DNA of 56,654 bases. Source: Deltaproteobacteria bacterium. Lineage in GTDB: Bacteria > Myxococcota_A > UBA9042. Made by a program: the position numbers and the translations under genes. Positions 50,201 through 56,654 of the stretch are shown here, piece by piece. The notes under the pieces are model-generated. The model ran no database searches. It worked only from the letters and a program-made list of their open reading frames with translations, and had not been told where the DNA came from. Every line of letters starts with the position of its first letter. Positions within the stretch are counted from its first letter, which is position 1. The stretch spans positions 1 through 56,654 of the forward strand of contig JACRCU010000484.1 of assembly GCA_016218865.1 (NCBI GenBank), given 5' to 3'.

Positions 50201-52738
50201 ATCGGACAGTGTCGCGAATGCACCCGGCAAGACCGACTGAGTCACTGGCAGCTTCTTGTCCCATACCACGCCACCCGTAGAATCGAAGCGAACCAGCCAC
50301 GGCTGATAGTCCGTCTGAAGGCCGGAGCTGTGCCGCAGACCCAGAGCCAGCAGGCCGCCGTCGCTGGCCGCGATCGCCGCAACGAAGCCCTGGTCCTTGC
50401 CGTCTTCGTAGAAGTACTTCCGTGGCCCCTGCGCCTTGAGATTGGTATCGATGCGCTGCAGATAGCCGCCACCGTGATTTCCTGCACCAGAATGGCCCAA
50501 CAAGCAGAACTGGCTGCCGCAGGGTGCGATGGCGTTGACGTCCGTGGGATAGGCGTTGGGAAAGTACCGCGCGCTTCCGAGTTGGATGATGCCGCTGGCG
50601 CTGACGTTGATGTCCGCGATGGTAGCGTCAGGGTGGGCACCACCGCTGGGAAGGGTGCTGGCGCCGCCGACGAGCCACGTACCGTTGGCGAACGCGTGAA
50701 CGGTATTGAACACCATCGTCGTGCCAGGCGTGCCGAGGAACTTCTGGTCGATGAGTTCGCCTTCGGCGTCGATCGTGACCGCCCAGCCGCGGACGTCGGT
50801 CGGGTAGCCCTTGACAGAGCTTTGGCCGACCGCCAATGCTCGGCCATCGCCAATATCGACGACGCCGCTGAACAGCGAGTATGCCGTGCCGGCACCGTAG
50901 GTCCTCAGCCAGACGATCTTGCCGTCGTCTCGGACCCTGGCCGCCCAGCCGGCGTCCGTCGCCGCGCCCGTGCCCTTGCTGGCCTGGCCGATCACCAGGA
51001 ATCCGTCCGCATACGCGGCGGTTGCGCCGGCTGCCACCGCGGTCTTGAAGCCCGGTATGGCGAATTCCACAGGCCCGAGCGCGGGTCCGCCCGCAACGCA
51101 CTTTCCGCCCTTGCAGCTATCCCCGAGCGTGCAAGCACTGCCATCCTGGCAAGCATCGCCATCCGCGACGGCGACGACCACGCAACCCTTGGTCACGTCA
51201 CAGCTATCCTTGGTGCAATCGTTTCCATCGTCACAGTTCTTCAGGCCGCCCGCCAAGCACTTGCCCTCGACGCAGCTGTCGCTGACGGTGCACGGATTGC
51301 CGTCGTCGCAGGCACCACTGGATTTGGTGACGTGCGTGCAGCCCTTGCTGCTGTCGCAGGCGTCGTCGGTGCAGGCGTTGCCGTCGTTGCAGTCGAACTT
51401 GACTCCGGGCGTGCAGGTGCCGCCGGTGCAGGTGTCGGCCAGCGTACAGGCGTCGCCGTCGCTGCAGGCCGCGCCGGTCTGGGTGACGCTGACGCAGCCC
51501 TGGGCGGGGTCGCACTGGTCGGTCGTACAGCCCTTGCCGTCGTCGCAGTTGACCAGCTTGCCCCCGGCACACAGACCTGCGGCGCAGACATCGCCGGTTG
51601 TGCAAGCGCTGCCGTCGCTGCACGGCGCCTGATTGTTGACGAAGGTGCAGCCCTTGGCAGGGTCGCAGCTGTCGTCTGTGCAGGGGTTGCCGTCGCCGCA
51701 GGCCGTCGCGGCTGAACTGGTGCACGCGCCCGCGAGGTCGCAGTGGTCGCCCGCGGTGCAAGCGTCGCCATCACTGCAGGAGGCCCCGACCATCGGGTCG
51801 TTGGCGCAGCCCTTCAGCGGATCGCAATGGTCGAACGTGCAAACCTTGCCGTCGTCGCAGGCTTTGGGCTCGCTGCCCGCGCAGGCCTTGGCGCCGTCGC
51901 AGGCCGATTGCAGCGTGCAGGCATTGCCGTCGTCGCAAGCCGCGCCCTTGGCGGTGGCCTTGAACTCGCAGCCGGTCGCGGGGTTGCAGGTGTCGTCGGT
52001 GCAGGCATTGCCGTCGCTGCAGGCCACCGCCGTGCCGCCACTGCACGCGCCGGTTTGGCAGGACTCGCCAGCGGTGCAGGCGTTCCCATCGCTGCAGGCC
52101 CCCGTCGTGGCCGCGTGCGCGCACCCCTTGGCTGCGTCGCAGCTGTCGACGGTACAGGGGTTGTTGTCACTGCAGTCTACGATTCCGGTGTGGCCACACG
52201 TTCCTGACTTGCAGGCATCGCCAGTGGTACAGGCATCGCCGTCATCGCAGGCGGCGGAGTTGGCGGGATGGGCACAACCGGCCGACTTGTCGCAGGCCGG
52301 ATCATCGGTGCAGGGATTGTTATCCGCGCACACGACGGCGTTGCCGCCCTTGCAGGTGCCACCCTGGCACGTGTCGCCGCTGGTGCACGCGTCACCGTCG
52401 TCGCACGCGCCGGATGTTGGAGTGTTGATGCAGCCCGTGCCCGGGGAGCAGGTGTCCTTGGTGCAGATATTGTCGTCGTCGCAGTCACTGCAGGCGTTCG
52501 TGTCCGCGGTTTCGGCATCCGTGTCTTGGACTTGGCCATTGCCAGCGCCGGTTGCACAAATGGGCACGCCGCCGGCGTCGACCAAGTGGTAGCCGGCAGG
52601 GCAGCCAATCTTGGGCTCGGCACTGCAACCTGCGCCAAGAAGGCATAGCGTGGCAACCACCGCTTTGAGTAGAGGTTGGAGGCGGAAGAGCGGGCGATAC
52701 CAGCAGGCACCCGATGTTTTCGTCGCGGAGTCAGCCAT
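47264..52738 (-). CDS. Giant (1824 aa) lipoprotein: Cys-rich CxDGxxCTxDxC repeats plus three beta-propeller-like domains
   Basis: Lipobox GAGC; 18 N-terminal repeats, then 2+2+1 more after three ~300-aa domains rich in D-x-x-G-x-x-x-W and GG-x-x-x-x-G blades. Confidence 0.8.
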   Translation of the reverse strand: MADSATKTSGACWYRPLFRLQPLLKAVVATLCLLGAGCSAEPKIGCPAGYHLVDAGGVPICATGAGNGQVQDTDAETADTNACSDCDDDNICTKDTCSPGTGCINTPTSGACDDGDACTSGDTCQGGTCKGGNAVVCADNNPCTDDPACDKSAGCAHPANSAACDDGDACTTGDACKSGTCGHTGIVDCSDNNPCTVDSCDAAKGCAHAATTGACSDGNACTAGESCQTGACSGGTAVACSDGNACTDDTCNPATGCEFKATAKGAACDDGNACTLQSACDGAKACAGSEPKACDDGKVCTFDHCDPLKGCANDPMVGASCSDGDACTAGDHCDLAGACTSSAATACGDGNPCTDDSCDPAKGCTFVNNQAPCSDGSACTTGDVCAAGLCAGGKLVNCDDGKGCTTDQCDPAQGCVSVTQTGAACSDGDACTLADTCTGGTCTPGVKFDCNDGNACTDDACDSSKGCTHVTKSSGACDDGNPCTVSDSCVEGKCLAGGLKNCDDGNDCTKDSCDVTKGCVVVAVADGDACQDGSACTLGDSCKGGKCVAGGPALGPVEFAIPGFKTAVAAGATAAYADGFLVIGQASKGTGAATDAGWAARVRDDGKIVWLRTYGAGTAYSLFSGVVDIGDGRALAVGQSSVKGYPTDVRGWAVTIDAEGELIDQKFLGTPGTTMVFNTVHAFANGTWLVGGASTLPSGGAHPDATIADINVSASGIIQLGSARYFPNAYPTDVNAIAPCGSQFCLLGHSGAGNHGGGYLQRIDTNLKAQGPRKYFYEDGKDQGFVAAIAASDGGLLALGLRHSSGLQTDYQPWLVRFDSTGGVVWDKKLPVTQSVLPGAFATLSDDSFMLAGYTFAGTASGEAQLWFAKINGLGAELWHSEFGGAGAQLGYVVVALPSGGVVVAGSDGNKGIGLALRVNDLGNTDCGKLGVCDGKSLADCDDGLPCTADTCDDKTGCKHSNLADGSACDDGKPCTTDGNCLSGKCQAGAPSLFETTFPALGGGFLKRTKWLDSRRAVAVGARAGTGGADLWVVGMDDAGAVKWQPNLAGIDYEGASALDVGGETVVVGGSRTAQGTDKGLVAKITWGEAVASLGPVQVSYPGANDESIAAVVARSDGGVAYCGTTQPAEVKSVDHAWFGIVDNLGGVKPNIYLGSGQGTEAEAMLEVQGDTTKYLLVGRDGSSTADPDPWAAMVTETGETLWKRRYFGSGVVAMSVVAVPGGYFMAGGASGSLPSGTVWLARCDLYGNLMWASEPKLPLTASYGRIAAFDTDKLVLVGADKQAPDQGSSVAAVLDHQGNALWASVLGSASGPNVLWDVAPTPAGIGLLAVGSTASKGAASSGWAIRADAFGHTACADAGSCAEKLPAACDDGEPCTADGCDGKAGCSHVALVDKAPCDDGDACTAGDICAGGTCAGASEAFGVALVPGTVQTLADVALSPSGVVVAAGVVATGKPADSYDSEIHAFGADGKEMSGYPRSIALPEADYLTAIETNSDSIIAVGSRQDGANGSNARVVRMPLVVGQPTSFDLSLGKAGQDGANDVAIAPDGTAWLAGFTPNNITSGLYSGWVVGVSPAGVPSYFVYAEADWSDQFQGIGLDGSGNRAMAGFRRSQAANNGIDVALVVATKPDGTVIFSQTYPGLGASAAASVWPGKDGSGWLVAGTRTANFGNKESKFILIRLNSGGVVQWEKQIGTSTLLSYNRGTLLSDGSVLLAGYDVVGGNAHGLVIKTTIEGLPLWSRSLAGYPAIGNSRVNGAAELPNGAIVLAGIEEAKGKGMLARLDPWGNATCTACAGLTPDSCNDGDPTTLDLCDPAKGCVHIPN

Positions 52739-52780
52739 GAGAACCCCCTTGAACCTTGCGGATGTGGCCGCACCAAGGAA

Positions 52781-53872
52781 CTAGAAACGCCATGCCAACG
52801 CGGCACCAGACCTGTTCGGCATCACTTGGAATACAGACGTATTTTCCGAATGTTCAGGCCAAAGAGCCAGTACCGCGCTGGCCACCGCCAGTGCACCGGC
52901 GCCTGCCGCGGCGCCCCACATAGCCCCAATGTCGGCCTCGCGCTGACGCAGCTCAGGATACGAAATGCGTGTAAGATCATAGGTATCGCTGGAAGGAAAC
53001 TTCGCGTCGTTGAGGCTGTTGTATTGCAGCAGTGCAGCTGTCGCCACACCGATTGCCACGGCTCCGGCCGCAACCGCAGCCCATCGAACCATGGAACGGC
53101 TGGCAGCCGGAGCCGCCGCACATTCGGCTTGGCTCGCGATCGCGGTGCAGCTGGTCGCCGCAGCTTCGCCGGCCGCCGGCAGCATCGCGACGCGAGCCGC
53201 ACAGGCCTGCTTGGCTTGTTGCAGTGCATTGTTGTGCGCTGCAAGGCGATCCGCCGCACAAGCGGTTTCCGCCAAACACGACGACGACGACGCCACCGCA
53301 TGGTCGGCAAGGGCAAGTTGCTGGTCCACCGGAAGGTCGGCGGCCTTGCCGCATTCCAGCCACTTGGCTGCGGCCGAGCAGGACTGCTTGCGCTCATCGA
53401 AGGCAGCGGCCACGGCGTCGCAGGGAAGCTCACAAATCTCTTTGGTTGCTGCCCTGTTGCAGGCCTCGCGCACCGCTGGCGTCTGCAGGATGTCCGCCAC
53501 GATCGCGAACGAGCTGCGCCGGGCGCAGGCGGCAACGGCCATGGAGGCGTGCTGTCCGCACAAGGCCGGCTGATGGCGGTTGGCCTGGGCGGCGGCGTAC
53601 CAGAGCTCGATGGCCTTGGCCAGACGCAGCATACGGCCGCGCTCTCCCAGTGCCACGGCGCGAACCGACAATTCGTCGTGAAGCGCGGCCGCTTCGCCAT
53701 ACCTGCGGGCGGCCTCGAACTCGTTGGCCTGTTTCACCACAGGCGCGAGACACGCCACCTCGCCCGCAGCAATGCACTGCTCGGCTTCGCTGTCGAGCGC
53801 CGCGGCCTGGCCGGCATCGAAGACGATGGCAAGGAGGGCAAGAGCTAGCGCATAGACGAGCCGTGTGGGCAT
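52781..53872 (-). CDS. Hypothetical exported Cys/Ala-rich helical protein with C-terminal hydrophobic segments
   Basis: GAGG RBS, signal peptide, two TM-like segments and terminal ..GAALAWRF, as in myxobacterial TPR/PEGA-type partners; first gene after a sigma54 promoter. Confidence 0.65.
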   Translation of the reverse strand: MPTRLVYALALALLAIVFDAGQAAALDSEAEQCIAAGEVACLAPVVKQANEFEAARRYGEAAALHDELSVRAVALGERGRMLRLAKAIELWYAAAQANRHQPALCGQHASMAVAACARRSSFAIVADILQTPAVREACNRAATKEICELPCDAVAAAFDERKQSCSAAAKWLECGKAADLPVDQQLALADHAVASSSSCLAETACAADRLAAHNNALQQAKQACAARVAMLPAAGEAAATSCTAIASQAECAAAPAASRSMVRWAAVAAGAVAIGVATAALLQYNSLNDAKFPSSDTYDLTRISYPELRQREADIGAMWGAAAGAGALAVASAVLALWPEHSENTSVFQVMPNRSGAALAWRF

Positions 53873-53926
53873 CGTGACCTCAGGCGGCGAACAGGTGCCG
53901 GCAACGTTCCGACGAGTGTATACCTG

Positions 53927-53942
53927 AGCAAGATGCGTGCCA
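53927..53942 (-). promoter_or_regulatory. Sigma54 -24/-12 promoter
   Basis: Minus strand reads TGGCACG-CATC-TTGCT, matching the consensus, about 55 nt before ATG 53872. Confidence 0.85.
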
Positions 53943-54150
53943 ACGTGGGGGGATTAACCTTCACCTCATTCTAATTACAGACTATCTCGTTCGCTGGCCG
54001 GCGCGCGCAGCCAGACCTGGCCCCGCGCCGCCCCCAGCGACACACCTCGCCCAAGGGCTATCGGCGGGACGGCGGCCACGCGCGAACAAAAGACGATAGG
54101 ATTTCGCTATGTTTCGGGTCGAGACAGCATTCCGACGGGCAGGACTGCCG

Positions 54151-54194
54151 CGTGACCTCGCCGTGACCATGCCACGCCCATGCCACGTGACAGA
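54151..54194. promoter_or_regulatory. Candidate enhancer (UAS): 11-nt periodic CGTGACC/CATGCCACG repeats ending in TGCCACGTGACA
   Basis: About 210-250 nt upstream of the minus-strand sigma54 promoter; 12/13 match to 45126-45138. Confidence 0.45.
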
Positions 54195-54258
54195 TTGGGT
54201 GGCCAAGAGATCCCCGCCGTTCCCTAGAAGCGCCCCACCGCATCCCGGGGCAAACCCG

Positions 54259-56433
54259 TCAATGGCAAAGCGGATCACTAGGGAAACAGTCGCACAGGTC
54301 TTCCAAGCTCGCCTTGTTCCTATCGACGATGCAGTGGCAGCGGTAGTCCTTGTGCGATGGGCAACGCGTTTTCGCGCACTTGCACCATGGGCCGTGGGGC
54401 GGTCCCGCAGCTGGCGCGGCACAGTCGAAGTCCCGGCATGGACAGTGCGCGGAGTCGGCGTCGGGGCACTTGTCGCACCACGCCTTCACGTTCGGGCAGA
54501 ACTGAGCGCACAAGACGGCCGGATCGGAGGATTTGCACGGGTCTGGGGGTGGACACCGCGCCGGATCGCGGTCGACGCACGCTTTGCACCATTCCGCATT
54601 GGGCGCATCCGAGCAGTTGGAGCAGTAAAGCTCCTTGGACTTCGAGGCGCAGGTGCTGCACCAGTGCGAGCGGTCGTCGGCGCAAAATTGCTTGCAAAAC
54701 AGCGCGGGATCCTGGGCCTTGCACGGATCGTCCGACGGACACTTGGACGAGTCCGTGTGCGGACACGACTTGCACCAGCGGGTCTGGTCCTCGGGGCAAA
54801 ATTGCCTGCAGAAAACCGCCGCATCCTGCGACTTGCATGGTTCGCAGCGGTCCTGCCAGTGCTTGGCAAAGGGGCTGGATTTGCAGCGGGTGCACCAATC
54901 CTGGCTGTCGGTCAGGCAACTTCCGCAGAAGATGGCCGGGTCCTTGCTCTGGCATGGAGGTGGCGGTGGTGGCGGCGGGGGGTATCCACCACCGGGCGAC
55001 GGCTTCTCATCCTCCCGGCCGCCGCAGTCATCCGCATCGCAAGCGTCGGTGTCGCCACCACAATCACCGTCGTCCACGCAATCGCCAGAGTCCGCGTCGT
55101 CTCCCGTGTCGGTGTATGATTCGGTTTCCGTGTCCGCGTCCGGAGGACTCACGCTGTCGGGCTCGTGGCTTCCTGTCCCGTACCACACGATCGCCACGAC
55201 GACTGCAACGACCAGCGCCAACAGCGCGGCGACTACCAGCGCCGGCACGCCGGACTTGCCGGAAGCTGACGCGATACCTTGGGTTGTCTCCGGAGCCTCG
55301 CCGGGGGGAGCAACTACTGGGGCAGTCTGGCTTGGAACAGGTGGAGTTGGCGTGACCGGCTTGCGAAGGGGCGCCGGCATGGGTGCCGTTGGCGGCTCTG
55401 GAGGCAGCGGCTGCGACGCCAGAACGGGCGCGATCGGTGCCGGGGTGACCGGCAGGGCGCGCTGCGGAGCGGGCTCGGCAAGCCACTGCTCCAGGGCGGC
55501 GCGCATCGCAGCAGCGGACTCGAAACGGTCGTCCGGCGACTTGGCCAGAGCCCGCGCCACCAAGGCCTCCAGCCGCGGGTCGATGCCTGGGACGAATTCA
55601 GACAGTGCCAAAGGCTGCGCATGGACATGGGCAAAGCACAGCGCGATTTGGTCTGTGGCCATGTACGGCTGCTGGCCGGTCAGGCAGCGAAACAGTATAA
55701 TTCCAAGCGAATAGAGATCCGAGCGACCATCCATCGCCGTGCCCATCACCTGCTCTGGGCTCATGTAGTGCGGCGTTCCAAAGATCGTACCGGTTTGCGT
55801 GAGCGCCGCCTGGCCGACATTGCGCAACGCCTTGGCGATGCCCCAGTCGATGACTTTGACGAACGGCTCGTCCTCGCCGCCGATGTCGCACAAGAAGATG
55901 TTGTCCGGCTTCAAGTCGCGGTGGACGAAATTCTTGCTGTGCGCTTCTTGCAGGGACTTGAGAACCTGGACAGCCACCTTGACCGCGTGGCGCGGCTCCA
56001 AGCGTTGGTGGCCCGCCAAATCCCGTTCCAGCACATGGCCGTTCAGGAATTCCATGGCCATGTAGAGGTCGCCTTCGGGCGTCACGCCGGAGTCGAATAC
56101 GCGAACCGTGTTGGGGTGGCTCAGTTTCGCCGTGATGACAGCTTCGGCAAGGAAGCGCGCCTCGGTTTCCTTGTTCTGCTGCAAGCCAGGGCGCAGCAGC
56201 TTGATGGCATATTCTTGTTTATTGTTAATATGATAGGCAACATAGACGACACCAAATCCGCCGCGACTGAGCTCGCGGGTGACCCGGTAGCGACCAGCGA
56301 TGAGGCCGCCAACGCGCGGGAGGCTCGGACTGGTGGCTTCGGCGGTGGGAGTGCCATCGTTTGGACAATTCGCCTCGTCCGTGAGCGTCTCGCAAAGCGG
56401 ACAGACACGCTGAGGCAGGTGCGGCTGGTCCAC
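54259..56433 (-). CDS. Membrane Hanks-type Ser/Thr protein kinase with N-terminal Zn-ribbon-like motif and Cys-rich extracytoplasmic repeats
   Basis: CPLCE..CPND; SRGGFGVVY, AIKLL, HRDLKPDN, IDWGIAK, GTPHYMSPEQ and DLYSLG; Pro linker; TM ALVVAALLALVVAVVVAIVWY; Cys repeats. Confidence 0.93.
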   Translation of the reverse strand: MDQPHLPQRVCPLCETLTDEANCPNDGTPTAEATSPSLPRVGGLIAGRYRVTRELSRGGFGVVYVAYHINNKQEYAIKLLRPGLQQNKETEARFLAEAVITAKLSHPNTVRVFDSGVTPEGDLYMAMEFLNGHVLERDLAGHQRLEPRHAVKVAVQVLKSLQEAHSKNFVHRDLKPDNIFLCDIGGEDEPFVKVIDWGIAKALRNVGQAALTQTGTIFGTPHYMSPEQVMGTAMDGRSDLYSLGIILFRCLTGQQPYMATDQIALCFAHVHAQPLALSEFVPGIDPRLEALVARALAKSPDDRFESAAAMRAALEQWLAEPAPQRALPVTPAPIAPVLASQPLPPEPPTAPMPAPLRKPVTPTPPVPSQTAPVVAPPGEAPETTQGIASASGKSGVPALVVAALLALVVAVVVAIVWYGTGSHEPDSVSPPDADTETESYTDTGDDADSGDCVDDGDCGGDTDACDADDCGGREDEKPSPGGGYPPPPPPPPPCQSKDPAIFCGSCLTDSQDWCTRCKSSPFAKHWQDRCEPCKSQDAAVFCRQFCPEDQTRWCKSCPHTDSSKCPSDDPCKAQDPALFCKQFCADDRSHWCSTCASKSKELYCSNCSDAPNAEWCKACVDRDPARCPPPDPCKSSDPAVLCAQFCPNVKAWCDKCPDADSAHCPCRDFDCAAPAAGPPHGPWCKCAKTRCPSHKDYRCHCIVDRNKASLEDLCDCFPSDPLCH

Positions 56434-56654
56434 GATGGAAGTTCCTCGCTTGGCGATCTGGCCAGAGCTTAGCCGTGGGTCGCAGGGAGGGCAAGCGGCG
56501 TTATTTTTGGATCTTTGGGAGCACCGCAGTTCGCCCGTCGCGCTGCCGTCTCACAGTGCCGCCCAGAACGAGCGATCCGACCGCATGGGTTTTTTGCGGG
56601 CGGCCCTGTCCTCTGGGTGGGGCGCAAGCGAGCGCCTACAGCGACTCGCCGCGC

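Noticed and set aside
51100-52490. Recurring gtcgtcgca/gtcgctgca motifs as a CRISPR-like array
   Set aside because: These are codons of the in-frame Cys-Asp-Asp-Gly protein repeat. They are degenerate and there are no cas genes.
54955-54982. GGN triplet run as a contingency microsatellite
   Set aside because: It encodes a poly-Pro linker with mixed codons, so it is not a pure slippage tract.
56581-56654. Hairpin ccgca..tgcgg and a possible gene end at the window edge
   Set aside because: The stem is short with no proper U-tract placement, and there is too little context to call a terminator or CDS.

Overview
GC-rich bacterial window, most likely a Myxococcota/delta-proteobacterium (inferred from the PEGA, FHA-sigma54, Ser/Thr kinase, Cys-rich-repeat and BMC-T genes). 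It holds about 35 CDS; I saw no rRNA, tRNA, CRISPR array or transposase. Housekeeping genes: rlmD-like, coaX, queE, panB, panC, an acyl-CoA carboxylase beta subunit, an M16 peptidase pair and two POT/MFS transporters. These are mixed with envelope genes: a DUF3857-transglutaminase pair, an M23 peptidase, an FG-GAP/ASPIC protein, an EcxA-like protease and an orphan PAAR. Main highlights: (1) a self-contained circuit at 45.1-56.4 kb with a membrane Ser/Thr kinase carrying an unfamiliar Cys/Trp repeat, an FHA-sigma54 activator, two consensus sigma54 promoters each with a shared upstream palindrome, a giant Cys-repeat/propeller lipoprotein and a CglF-like small protein; (2) a lipoprotein with a C-type lectin and a domain resembling coral skeletal matrix protein USOMP5; (3) a diverged ungapped direct repeat flanking an ECF sigma/anti-sigma pair; (4) a shortened SsnA-YgfK pair; (5) a lone microcompartment BMC-T gene behind the carboxylase-panB-panC run. 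All family calls come from motif reading and recall, not database searches.
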